Shown here piece by piece: positions 1 to 9,531 of a stretch of 64,000 nt of DNA. A program made the position numbers and the translations under genes. A model generated the notes under the pieces. That model saw only the letters and a program-made list of their open reading frames with translations, did no database searches and was not told where the DNA came from. Source of the DNA: Promethearchaeati archaeon (lineage in GTDB: Archaea > Asgardarchaeota > Heimdallarchaeia > Heimdallarchaeales > Heimdallarchaeaceae); the NCBI GenBank assembly GCA_013166775.1, contig JABLTJ010000002.1, forward strand, positions 64,001 through 128,000, given 5' to 3'. Each line of letters starts with the position of its first letter. Position 1 is the stretch's first letter.

Positions 1-2035
1 GTACATAGAAGGTTTGATCTATTAACAAAACATCATGAAAAGATTCTAAAATAGCTTCTGGTTTTCTCTGTATTTCTAGTGCCTTGATATTAGATGATGG
101 AGCTCCATATAGACTACCAAGATTCTTCATTGGAAGAACTGATATAAGTTCTTCAAAGACTTCTTCTGGTTGGACAGTGATTGATTGTTGTTCCCAAATC
201 TTTTCTTTATCAGAGTATTCAATTTTATCTATTAAAGGGAAAATTCTCTTTATTGGAAGCTCTAAAGTTATATCTGCCCAACGATCTGCTTTAGCGAAAT
301 TTACTAGAGTTCTTCTCTTAGCTTTAATTTGAAAGTCTAAATATAAGAAGGGAACATAAGCTAGTTCCAGGCTATCAGTTCCTAAGTAACTGAATTTTCT
401 CTCACCAAAGAATTTGTCTAGTAATTCTTTGAAATCAACGGATTCATATTTTATATGCTGCTCTTTCATCGATTTGATTATATTACTCAAATCAATAGGT
501 TCAATCTCTTCTATTTCTTCTGGTAAAAATACTGTAGGTTTCTCTTCAGAAACAGGTTTTATACCTTCTTCTGTATCAATCGGTGAAGGTTTTATTCCTG
601 CTTGTTGATCAAGCAAACTAGGTGTGCTTGAGATTTTTCTTATTGAAGATAATTCGTTTTCAAGATCTTCTAAATTGAGTTCTTTCTCTATGTCTTCAAA
701 ATCAATAGCATCTATATCGTAATCATAATCCCCTATTTGTTTGCATAATGGAGCAGGTGGATCTTCGTAGAGTTTAGCTACATCTTCATCAGAAAGAGTC
801 TTATGAACAGTGTACAATCTTCGAGTCTTGATATGTACAGGTTTTTCGAAATTGTCTGGTGATAAGACATAGAATTCACCGCTTTTAAAATTCTGAAGCT
901 GATCTACAATGAATCTGGCTTCAGGATAGGCTTGAAGCATCTTATCTACAATTCGTAAATCCTGCGGTGTAACAAATCTTCCAAAAAAGAAAGTACTCAC
1001 CTGCCCAAAGGATTTGTAATCAACATCACTAATATTTTGAGTTGCTACTAACATAGATAATCCATATTTTCTTCCTTGTTTGAAGAGTAGTTGTAGCCAT
1101 TGTTTTGTTGGGGGATTCTTTGGATGTGGAGGGATGAATTGTGGAGGACCTGCTAGTTCATCAATATAGAATACAAGTTGAGGATCCGGTGAAGGATTTG
1201 ACCGAATATAAGTATAGAGATTTTGTGCAAGTGATGTTATGTATAATTCTCTAAGTCGAAGATCCGTTAGCGTATTTAGAAAGATAATTGCTATTCTTGT
1301 TTTTTCAGGATCTGTAGATTTTATCAGTGTTTGAATAGAGAGCTTGGGACCTAAATTAAAAACGAGGGAAGGCGCACCTACATTCACTGATTTTATCCTT
1401 TTTATTAGAGAACTCTTTTCATTTGCTGAGAGAAGTGTTCTGATATTCTCTGGTAAATAAGCAATTTCTGATTGTATTAAATCAATTAACATCTCGAAAT
1501 CTGCTATCAGAATATCTTTTTCCAAACACTGCTCAAATAAAGAAACTAAATAAGCTTTTACTGCACCACCTTTTTCTGTGTTTAGTTTATAACCAAGAAC
1601 GCTAGCGATTGTTGTAGCTATACCATCTATTGCTAGAATTTTCTCTTCTCTATCTAGTTCTTGAGGTGGCATTATAAGAGGATTAATAGATAAAGGGATA
1701 CCTTTTTCTGAAGCAGGGGTAAAAATAACAATCTCAACTTTTTCTTTATACTGATCATAAAACTCTTTAGAGATTCCATAAGGTTTTAGTTTGTCATAAT
1801 CTTCTACCATAACTAAGCTACTTATGTCTCCTTGTGGATCTATGATTATGGCAGGAATATCATTTCGCAGAGCTTCTTCAATTAAAATTTTACATGTAAC
1901 AGTCTTTCCGCTTCCACTCTGACCAAATACACTAATATGCTTGTTCAATGCTTTTAATGGCAGAAACACATTTTCTTTGGTTTCGTTATCTTCACCTATC
2001 AAAAGTGATGAAGAGTGTTTCCCTAAATCTGACAT
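1..2035 (-). CDS. HerA/FtsK-superfamily ATPase (DUF87/DUF853-like), runs off the left edge (>677 aa)
   Basis: Absent from the ORF track. Manual translation from ATG 2035 gives MSDLGKH...HISVFGQSGSGKT (Walker A), IIIDPQGD, LVFYIDE (Walker B) and KQGRKYGLSMLVATQ, all typical HerA-family motifs. Confidence 0.85.
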   Translation of the reverse strand, partial: MSDLGKHSSSLLIGEDNETKENVFLPLKALNKHISVFGQSGSGKTVTCKILIEEALRNDIPAIIIDPQGDISSLVMVEDYDKLKPYGISKEFYDQYKEKVEIVIFTPASEKGIPLSINPLIMPPQELDREEKILAIDGIATTIASVLGYKLNTEKGGAVKAYLVSLFEQCLEKDILIADFEMLIDLIQSEIAYLPENIRTLLSANEKSSLIKRIKSVNVGAPSLVFNLGPKLSIQTLIKSTDPEKTRIAIIFLNTLTDLRLRELYITSLAQNLYTYIRSNPSPDPQLVFYIDELAGPPQFIPPHPKNPPTKQWLQLLFKQGRKYGLSMLVATQNISDVDYKSFGQVSTFFFGRFVTPQDLRIVDKMLQAYPEARFIVDQLQNFKSGEFYVLSPDNFEKPVHIKTRRLYTVHKTLSDEDVAKLYEDPPAPLCKQIGDYDYDIDAIDFEDIEKELNLEDLENELSSIRKISSTPSLLDQQAGIKPSPIDTEEGIKPVSEEKPTVFLPEEIEEIEPIDLSNIIKSMKEQHIKYESVDFKELLDKFFGERKFSYLGTDSLELAYVPFLYLDFQIKAKRRTLVNFAKADRWADITLELPIKRIFPLIDKIEYSDKEKIWEQQSITVQPEEVFEELISVLPMKNLGSLYGAPSSNIKALEIQRKPEAILESFHDVLLIDQTFYV

Positions 2036-2121
2036 ATTCTTCAATTAAAATGAATTATCAAAATATAAAAACTATTGTAAAATGTTCTTAATTAGGGAAA
2101 AAGAAGAAAGGATAGATTAAG

Positions 2122-2475
2122 TTACAATCCTGCAATAAGAAACAATATTCCGCCAATTATAACTAATAGACCGCCGATACCACCACCAACGATACCTAGA
2201 ACAATCAGTAAAATACCGATTACAATATAGTCAAGACCAAATCGTCCGAGTGCTAGTAGAATTGATAAGGCTCCTATAGCAATTAGTATAATAGCAGCAA
2301 TTAAGACGCTAAGTCCTAAATTACCACCTATCCAGTTTGCAGTATTGAAGATATCAAGAACTGATTCAAGGATACCACCTATAGCCATCAAAACTCCGAC
2401 GATTATTTCGATGATTCCACCTATAATACCAAAGATGGAACCCCAATTAGCTAGACTTTTATTTTTCTTTGCCAT
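2122..2475 (-). CDS. small Gly-rich multi-pass membrane protein
   Basis: 117 aa, 3-4 hydrophobic Gly-rich segments; paralog of the adjacent ORF. Confidence 0.75.
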   Translation of the reverse strand: MAKKNKSLANWGSIFGIIGGIIEIIVGVLMAIGGILESVLDIFNTANWIGGNLGLSVLIAAIILIAIGALSILLALGRFGLDYIVIGILLIVLGIVGGGIGGLLVIIGGILFLIAGL

Positions 2476-2579
2476 GGAACAAATTATTACTAGCTATTTT
2501 TAAATTTTAGCTAGCATAAAATAATAAGACAACAAACTGAAGTTTTTGTACATCAAAAAACTTCGCTTTTAATAACTCG

Positions 2580-2963
2580 TTATCTCTTTCTAGTCGAAGC
2601 AATAATGTAAATTATCCCTCCAATTACTAAGAATAAACCAGGAAATCCTAAACCAAAAATACCGATGATAATAAGCATTATTCCTGTTGCTAAATCAGAA
2701 ATTTCTGCGTTTACTAAGATTATTGAAATAGCACCAAATGCTACTCCTAAAATGGCTAATACAAGAATAAAGTTGAATTCTGAAAGATTTTCTAATGCAC
2801 TGAAAACCACAGTTTTAATTACTATATCTCTCGCAATATCTGGTAATATAGAAGTAGTCAAGAAATAATCAATGAAAAGTAATAACCCTCCAAGAACGAA
2901 AAGAATCCCACCTATTAAAGAAAAAGCCTTTGCCCATTTAATCAGTTCTTTCTTGGTTACCAT
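2580..2963 (-). CDS. small multi-pass membrane protein, paralog of 2122..2475
   Basis: Same layout: basic N-terminus, W..F..IGGI, and C-terminal L.IIGGI. Confidence 0.75.
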   Translation of the reverse strand: MVTKKELIKWAKAFSLIGGILFVLGGLLLFIDYFLTTSILPDIARDIVIKTVVFSALENLSEFNFILVLAILGVAFGAISIILVNAEISDLATGIMLIIIGIFGLGFPGLFLVIGGIIYIIASTRKR

Positions 2964-3008
2964 ACAGAATAAATTAATCGTTTATCCTTTTTAAATCATG
3001 GGGTATTT

Positions 3009-3950
3009 TTAGAGAACTTCAGCTCTGGATGTCACAATGTGAGGACTCACACTTTTGTTAAATCTGACTACAACGGAATTTTCATTTGATGTTCTTCTTC
3101 CATGTATTCTAGATATGACACCGATTATTTCCTTTCCTGATTTCATTTGCACTCGAACTCTTTTACCAAGATAACTTGCTAATGGTGCTTCTGTTCTATT
3201 TAAATTAATTATGACGGATCTATTTTTAGTTCTACCAGTTCTATCGTGAACAACGTTTCTCACAACGCCATAAGTTGGAGAAATCTTCACTTTCTTCTTT
3301 GCTTTTTTTGGTGTAGATTTTCTTTTTGGTTTAATCTTAGGAATTGCTCTAGCTCTCTTAATTTCTCTTTGAGTCGAAGGAGTAGCAGCTATTTTTACAT
3401 GCGTTTCCAAAGGTTTGATCACAGGTTTTTCTAAAGGTTTGGTTGCTGGTTTTGCTGTAGGTTTCTTTACAGATGGTCTAGCAGTTGGTTTTACTGGTGG
3501 TTTCTCTGTGACTGCTTTCTTAACTGCAGAAGGTTTGGGAATAGCTTCTTCCAATGAATCTTCTTTAACTGCTGGTTTTTTTGCTGTTGGTTTCTTTGCT
3601 ACTGGTTTTTTTGCTGTTGGTTTCTTTGCTACTGGTTTCTTTGCTGTTGGTTTCTTTGCTGCTGGTTTCTTTGCTGTTGGTTTCTTAGTTGCAGGTTTTG
3701 CAGGAGGTTTGGGAATAGTTTTAGCAGGAGGTTTAGCTACAGATTTCTTTTTAGGAGGAATGATTTTAGCTACTTCTTTTGCAGCTTCAATTATTTTCTC
3801 AGCTGTAGCTTGTCCAATACCTGGAAGTTGTGCCATTTCGTCAGCTTTTGCTTTAGCAATTTTCTCAATAGTATTATAACCACAATCCTCAAGTGTTTTA
3901 GCGACTTTAGATCCTATCCCTTTAATGTTTGATATTTCACTTTCAACCAT
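3009..3950 (-). CDS. HhH domain + Lys/Pro/Ala-rich repeat linker + ribosomal protein eL33 (L35Ae)-like C-terminal domain
   Basis: N-terminal IKGIGSKVA/LPGIGQATA HhH pair. C-terminal YLGKRV...SGKEIIGVISRIHG...VVVRFNKSV matches archaeal L35Ae. ATG 3950 follows an AGGTG SD. Confidence 0.75.
   Translation of the reverse strand: MVESEISNIKGIGSKVAKTLEDCGYNTIEKIAKAKADEMAQLPGIGQATAEKIIEAAKEVAKIIPPKKKSVAKPPAKTIPKPPAKPATKKPTAKKPAAKKPTAKKPVAKKPTAKKPVAKKPTAKKPAVKEDSLEEAIPKPSAVKKAVTEKPPVKPTARPSVKKPTAKPATKPLEKPVIKPLETHVKIAATPSTQREIKRARAIPKIKPKRKSTPKKAKKKVKISPTYGVVRNVVHDRTGRTKNRSVIINLNRTEAPLASYLGKRVRVQMKSGKEIIGVISRIHGRRTSNENSVVVRFNKSVSPHIVTSRAEVL
3570..3690. repeat. coding 15-bp tandem repeat (~8 units) encoding (A/T)KKP(T/A/V)
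   Basis: Visible units such as gctgttggtttcttt / gctactggttttttt. Confidence 0.9.
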
Positions 3951-4122
3951 TAGTTGCACCTTTTTGAATGTCTCAAAGCATTAAATTAGTTTTAAAAGTT
4001 TTTAGATTGCAAAGTTTTTAGAAAGCAGCAATATTAAGAATCAAACTTTATAATCTAGAGGGTTAAATCAGATACAGTAAAATACTCTTTTCCGTTTGAG
4101 TAAATCACTGAGGATTATAGTA

Positions 4123-4755
4123 ATGTCGAAAAAAATTATTCTTACAGGTTTCGAACCTTTTGGTAATTCTGACGTGAATCCCTCAACATTAGCATGTCAA
4201 GCTTTTGATGGAGAGAATATGGAAGATTATTCTATCCAAGCATATGAAATTCCATTAGTATTTAATGAAATAAAAGAAAAAATAGTCTCTTTACTGGAAA
4301 AGAAACCAAATGCTATCATCTGCACAGGACAATCATCTAGAGCTATGCTATCATTGGAAAGAGTAGCTATTAATATCGCAGATGTATCTAGAACAACTTA
4401 TAATTGTGAAACCAAACCAACAGATGAAATTTTAGAGGAAAATGGACCTGCAGGATATTTTACCACCCTCCCAATTAGAAAACTCAAAGAAAATTTGGAG
4501 AACAATAATATTCCTTGTGAAATATCTAATTCTGCGGGAGCTTTTGGTTGTAACCAGATTTTCTATCATCTAATGCATTATCTAGCTGAAAGGGAAATCA
4601 CGATTCCTGCTGGATTCATCCATGTCCCTTCTTTACCGGAACAGGTGATAGGTAAAAGGATATCATCGATGAGTTTGGATATTATCAAAAATGGTTTAAG
4701 AATTATTCTACAAACTTTAATAGATGAATTAGAATCAAATAAACAAAGTGATTAA
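4123..4755 (+). CDS. pcp: pyroglutamyl-peptidase I (C15)
   Basis: ILTGFEPFG, LERVAIN (Glu), AGAFGCN (Cys), GFIHVP (His). ATG 4123 is the preferred start. Confidence 0.95.
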   Translation: MSKKIILTGFEPFGNSDVNPSTLACQAFDGENMEDYSIQAYEIPLVFNEIKEKIVSLLEKKPNAIICTGQSSRAMLSLERVAINIADVSRTTYNCETKPTDEILEENGPAGYFTTLPIRKLKENLENNNIPCEISNSAGAFGCNQIFYHLMHYLAEREITIPAGFIHVPSLPEQVIGKRISSMSLDIIKNGLRIILQTLIDELESNKQSD

Positions 4756-5173
4756 GTTTATGAAGGAACATGAGTTCTTAGCTTTAAAGACACATGAATT
4801 TTTAGAAATGATTGAAGCTATAGCTAGAGAGCGTCAAACATTGAAAATAAAAAGGAGAACAGATGATACAGTAATTCTCACATGCCATTTAGGTATCCCA
4901 ATTTCTCATATACGTTTTAAAACAAAAGAACAAGGGGAGAATCTAATAGTTACAAGAAAAGTAAATCTATTACCTCTCTTTTACTCATCTCTTCCGATTT
5001 TTATTCTGTTAGAAGCTATTATTTTTCTTATCTCTTATTTTAGGAATTTAGACAACATTTTCATTTACATTCTAGTTGCCTTAGCTTGGGTAATTGCAAT
5101 TGGATTTCTAATTTATCAAACATTTGCTGAATTGGAGGAAATATTCCGGAAATTATATAGAATTGAGGTGTAA
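4748..5173 (+). CDS. hypothetical membrane protein (2 C-terminal TM helices)
   Basis: 141-aa ORF overlapping the pcp stop, with two hydrophobic segments. Confidence 0.7.
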   Translation: MIKFMKEHEFLALKTHEFLEMIEAIARERQTLKIKRRTDDTVILTCHLGIPISHIRFKTKEQGENLIVTRKVNLLPLFYSSLPIFILLEAIIFLISYFRNLDNIFIYILVALAWVIAIGFLIYQTFAELEEIFRKLYRIEV

Positions 5174-5176
5174 AAC

Positions 5177-6031
5177 ACGAAGATTGATCTGCATTGTCAT
5201 TCTAATTTTTCAGATGGATTATATAGTCCTAAGAGATTACTAGAGATAGCTGCTAGAGAAGATTTAGATGTATTCTCAATAACAGATCATGATAATGTTA
5301 AAGGGACAAAGATAGCAAAAACAATGTCTGCTGATTATAATTTTCTTTATCTAACAGGTATAGAAATATCTGCAAGGCACGAAGGGCAGAAAATAGAAAT
5401 TTTAGGGTATAATTTTGATCCATCAAATGAAAATCTACAAAAGAAACTCGTTTTTTTGCAGGATGCTAGAAAAGAAAGAATTCATAAAATAATAATCAAA
5501 TTAAATGAAATTGGTGTCAAAATAACTTGGGAAGATGTTGTAGAACAAATAGGAACAGCTGCAAGTCCAGGGAGACCACATTTTGCTAGAGCAATGATGA
5601 AAAAGAAATATGTGACTTCAGTAGCAGAAGCATTTGATCTATTTATTGGAGAAGGAAAACCTGCTTATGTAAAGAGAGTAACAATTACACCTAAAGAAGC
5701 TATTAAATTGATTAATGAAGCAGGAGGTATTGCTGTCATTCCTCACCCTCTATATGTAGAGTATTTAGATTTGAAGAAGTTAAAGGATATATTAGATATG
5801 CTTCTAAATTGGGGATTGCAAGGAGTAGAAGTATATTATAATTACAGAAAGAGTCTATCAAATCTCTCAAATAAACAAGAACAGGAAGCAAATGAATTTT
5901 TACTACAATTCTGTAGAAACAATAATTTACTAGTTACGGGAGGAACAGACTTTCATGGTGATACTGGTAAGATAGGGGAAGTTTCTGTTCCAAATGAAAT
6001 AATAAATAAAATTATCACCTATTTTTCTTGA
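5177..6031 (+). CDS. PHP-domain phosphoesterase (TrpH/YciV family), probable ACG start
   Basis: In-frame extension upstream of the track ORF gives KIDLHCHSNFSDG...ITDHD. Also GIEIS, GRPHFA, IPHP and GGTDFHG. Confidence 0.9.
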   Translation, partial: TKIDLHCHSNFSDGLYSPKRLLEIAAREDLDVFSITDHDNVKGTKIAKTMSADYNFLYLTGIEISARHEGQKIEILGYNFDPSNENLQKKLVFLQDARKERIHKIIIKLNEIGVKITWEDVVEQIGTAASPGRPHFARAMMKKKYVTSVAEAFDLFIGEGKPAYVKRVTITPKEAIKLINEAGGIAVIPHPLYVEYLDLKKLKDILDMLLNWGLQGVEVYYNYRKSLSNLSNKQEQEANEFLLQFCRNNNLLVTGGTDFHGDTGKIGEVSVPNEIINKIITYFS

Positions 6032-6867
6032 GTCTTCAATACATCCAAGAGAAGATCAGGGTTGTCTGTTACAATTCCATCAATTTTCCATTCAATTAGC
6101 TTTCTCATAGTTTCTCTATCATTTATTGTCCAAGAATGAACAGCAATATTTCGATTGTGTGCTCTTTGGATATTCTTTTCAGTCACTATTTTGATAATTC
6201 CAAAATCTATAGGTACCTGTAGAGCACAGAATCGTTTTTTTGTTAATAGTAACAAATGGGTTAAGAAAGCAAGTACTTCTAAGGGTCCAGCACTTGTTGG
6301 AATCTGTTTTACCTTGCTTATTTTCCTGAATCTTTTCAATTGTTTTTGGTGAAATGAACCAACTAACACCCTATTTTCTACATCTGAAGAAACTATAGTT
6401 TCATAAAGAGCCTGAGGTGCAGAAGAGAATCTATCTTTTATATCCATATTAATCCTAATTTTTGGTAATTTCTCAAACAATTCTTCAAGAGAAACTATCT
6501 TGAAACCTTTGTCCCTAAATGGATAGGAATCACTTGTTGGGTCTTTATACCAATATCCTAAATCAAATTCATGTAATTGTTCGTAGGTATACTCAGATAT
6601 AGATCCTTTTCCATTCGTAGTTCGATCCAACGTTTTATCATGAAAAACAATAGGAACTAAATCTTTTGTGATTCTAATATCAGTTTCTAAGGCATCTACA
6701 TCTAAATCATATGCCTCTTTGAATGCTTGAAAGGAGCTTTCTGGAGTAAAAGCGCTTCTTCCTCTATGTGCCATAACAAGTGGTCTATCATTCTTCAGAT
6801 AAGGAATGTTTGTTGTTTGATATACAGGAGAATTCAAAATACTAACCTTCTTTCTCTGTTTCTCCAA
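6019..6867 (-). CDS. glycerophosphodiester phosphodiesterase
   Basis: MAHRG, LETDIR.TKD..PIVFHD..LDRTTNG, WTIND, GIVTD.P. Confidence 0.93.
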   Translation of the reverse strand: MEKQRKKVSILNSPVYQTTNIPYLKNDRPLVMAHRGRSAFTPESSFQAFKEAYDLDVDALETDIRITKDLVPIVFHDKTLDRTTNGKGSISEYTYEQLHEFDLGYWYKDPTSDSYPFRDKGFKIVSLEELFEKLPKIRINMDIKDRFSSAPQALYETIVSSDVENRVLVGSFHQKQLKRFRKISKVKQIPTSAGPLEVLAFLTHLLLLTKKRFCALQVPIDFGIIKIVTEKNIQRAHNRNIAVHSWTINDRETMRKLIEWKIDGIVTDNPDLLLDVLKTQEK

Positions 6868-8278
6868 TCTTGTCTAACACTTTTTTGATTATTAGTAGCA
6901 GTTTCTGCATTGTTTGTTTTCCTATATCAAGAGATTTACCAGGTTCATGAAATAACAAATTTCTTTTGAATCTTATTTCATGGAGAAGAGTTACATCACT
7001 TTTAGAAATAATCTTATTATTTTTTAGTATATCGATTAGTTTTAGAAAGTTGACTTCATCACTCTCAGGTTCAGTGCTAAAATGAGAAAGGGTCCTTCTG
7101 AAAATTGTTTCCAAAGTTCTGTAAATTAGTAAAAATGATAGCGTTTGTTCTTCTGATCGAATCTTTTCCCAATTTTTGATTTTTTCATTGATATAATCAA
7201 TATCTGCCTTGATAGCTTGTTCTTCATCTGTAGTTAAAATATGACTTGAGATTAATTGTAAAAGTGAATCATACTTAAAATGTTGCTCAATTTTATCTTT
7301 TGTCTCATCGGATATCTGTAATTCTTCTAACATTTCTTTGTACAATTCCCACACTGTGGATTTTGCCAAATCTTCACGATAATACCACGAAATTGTTTCT
7401 GTTAGTCTTGTTAAAAGCAGGTTCTTCTTTGCTTCGTTTATTGTTCCAGCTAATTCTCTTTGTGTTCTTCTCACAAATAAATTACTAATCGGAAATTCAG
7501 CGATTGATTTAATTATTAACAATCTTTTCTCTCTCTCTTCTTCAGGTTCATAGTAAATAACCGAAAGTACATTAGGAATTAAGCCACATAATCGTCGGGA
7601 AGAGGAAATACTTAGATATAGACTACAGAGTAAGAGAATGCTGAAAATGCAAATGAAGATTACAATATTCACATTATTCTCTATTTGATCTATTACTATA
7701 AAATCAAGTTTAATAGATGTCCAACGAAGTACAAAAACTAGAATCAGATTAATAAACAGAATTGCTGAAGAAACAATACTGAAAAGATAGAGAGATTCAT
7801 TATATGTAAGAAGACGCTCATTTCTAGTTGTGTGGCATCGATCTACAAAATTCTGCGAGTATTGTTTTTTGGCTTCTTCTGTGATTTTAGGTATTAATTC
7901 TTTTTTAATCTTCGCTTCCAGATTCTTTTTCTCTTTAGAAGGGAGCTTTAACTCCATGTCTGTAAGTGGTACGATTTTCCCACTAAAGCTGAAGCTTCTT
8001 GGCTTAAAGAAAATATTATCCAAATTACTTCTGAGATTTGATTCAATATGATTCTTTACTCGACCACCATTGAAGATTATTTTTGGAGCAATGAGATAAA
8101 GAAAAAGAACAGGAATTATGAAAAAGACGAAGATTAAGAGTGCAGAAAACTGAAAATCTTGATATTTCAAACCTGTATAGATGATATAAACAAATAGCTC
8201 AATTAGGAAAGGCAAAACTAAACCAAAGCTAATTCTTATCAAAAGAGGTTTGAGTGTTGAACCTGAAGAAGTACTCAT
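6842..8278 (-). CDS. 4-TM membrane protein with C-terminal HEPN-like domain
   Basis: Two TM hairpins. C-terminal helical region with YRTLETIFR and an RNLLFH (RNxxxH) motif. Confidence 0.6.
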   Translation of the reverse strand: MSTSSGSTLKPLLIRISFGLVLPFLIELFVYIIYTGLKYQDFQFSALLIFVFFIIPVLFLYLIAPKIIFNGGRVKNHIESNLRSNLDNIFFKPRSFSFSGKIVPLTDMELKLPSKEKKNLEAKIKKELIPKITEEAKKQYSQNFVDRCHTTRNERLLTYNESLYLFSIVSSAILFINLILVFVLRWTSIKLDFIVIDQIENNVNIVIFICIFSILLLCSLYLSISSSRRLCGLIPNVLSVIYYEPEEEREKRLLIIKSIAEFPISNLFVRRTQRELAGTINEAKKNLLLTRLTETISWYYREDLAKSTVWELYKEMLEELQISDETKDKIEQHFKYDSLLQLISSHILTTDEEQAIKADIDYINEKIKNWEKIRSEEQTLSFLLIYRTLETIFRRTLSHFSTEPESDEVNFLKLIDILKNNKIISKSDVTLLHEIRFKRNLLFHEPGKSLDIGKQTMQKLLLIIKKVLDKIGETEKEG

Positions 8279-8427
8279 TAATTATTAATATAATATGAAA
8301 AAATAAACTTATCGAATCCGTTGTTTGCTTAACCATCTCTGTACCTTCTTGAAGATACTTGAAATTAGAGAGATACCTAGAAATTTCTTTTTTAGAGATT
8401 GAATGATTGGTTTTTTAGAAAAAATAT

Positions 8428-9531
8428 CTATAAACACACAATATTATCTTTACTAAGAATTTTCTGAAGTCTGCTGATTTCATCTTCAATCCATCCAACA
8501 TCAGTTTCTTTCATAAGTTGATGAGATTGTAAATCATTCAAAATTAAGAATCTGAATCTATCCAGATTATCTTTTGAGTAAAACTGTGATTCTTCCAACA
8601 GTTGCCTTCTTCCGAAATCAGCAATTATATCTATACTCCAATTCTCTGGAAGGTTTTTAATTTTGCTTTTATTTGATATGAAGAATAAGAGTATCTGGTA
8701 AGCTATGTAGAAATTTCCAGAATTGAAAAACTTCCTACTCAATAATAATACTTGTTGGATTCTAAATTTCGATAACATTTCTCCTTTCTCTTTAATATCT
8801 GTTTTCAGTACTTGTAGGAGAGCAATCATTTTTACAAGATCTTGAGGGTCTAATTCAGATTGAAACTTCAAAGGAACAAATAGATTTTTCATAAGGTTTG
8901 AACCATCAGATTGATGTTTTGTTTTTTCAGATACCCATTCCTTGATGCTATCAGTTGATGAGAGTTTTAGAAATAATTTATCTGAGGAAACTCGGAATAA
9001 GTCATATAAATTCTTACCAGGATTGATTTTTAGTATTTGAATATTAAAACGATTAATCCATTTATCGTAATATCCAATAGAAGGAAGAAAATTACCTTTC
9101 TGTCCTAAGAAAGTACACAAAGAACATTCTTGGATTATCAGTTTCTCAATTTTACTTGCAGATATTTCATGATTATAGGATACAAACAGGATTTTGTCAT
9201 AGATACATGATTTCTGTAATAAATCAAAAACTAAAACTGAAAATGGAGAACTCTTCTTAGATCTTTCAACGTATTTTATAGTAAAACTTTCTTCCTCGTT
9301 TTTGAGACCGTTATTTTCTCTTGAATCCCAATTTTCAGGAATGGAGATTATTAATTCTTTAACAAATTTTTTTAACCGAATAATCTGTTTCAGTAGAATT
9401 TTGTCACCGTTTTTCTGATTATCAAATCCTAGAATTATTCCTGAGATTTCTTGACTCTCTTTTCTCTTTTTTATTTCTTCCTTACCAGCATTTTCGATAA
9501 GCGTTTTTAGAGAATTGTGCATTGTAATCAC
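8428..9531 (-). CDS. hypothetical protein, degenerate MobA-like N-terminal domain
   Basis: ISGIILG...GDKILL...RLKKFVKELIIS resembles MobA but lacks AGGxSxR. Abuts mobB. Confidence 0.45.
   Translation of the reverse strand: MITMHNSLKTLIENAGKEEIKKRKESQEISGIILGFDNQKNGDKILLKQIIRLKKFVKELIISIPENWDSRENNGLKNEEESFTIKYVERSKKSSPFSVLVFDLLQKSCIYDKILFVSYNHEISASKIEKLIIQECSLCTFLGQKGNFLPSIGYYDKWINRFNIQILKINPGKNLYDLFRVSSDKLFLKLSSTDSIKEWVSEKTKHQSDGSNLMKNLFVPLKFQSELDPQDLVKMIALLQVLKTDIKEKGEMLSKFRIQQVLLLSRKFFNSGNFYIAYQILLFFISNKSKIKNLPENWSIDIIADFGRRQLLEESQFYSKDNLDRFRFLILNDLQSHQLMKETDVGWIEDEISRLQKILSKDNIVCL

Noticed and set aside
84-608. Plus-strand ORFs 84..332 and 414..608
   Set aside because: Antisense shadows of the minus-strand HerA-like gene.
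3570-3690. Possible CRISPR array
   Set aside because: Contiguous 15-bp in-frame units with no spacers and no cas genes.
3415-3879. 154-aa GFFA-repeat ORF resembling a membrane protein
   Set aside because: Reverse-strand reading of the AKKP repeat.
4748-6031. Read-through fusion of the membrane ORF with the PHP gene (same frame)
   Set aside because: A strong GAGGTG SD and a typical MKIDLH start favour independent initiation; not fully excluded.
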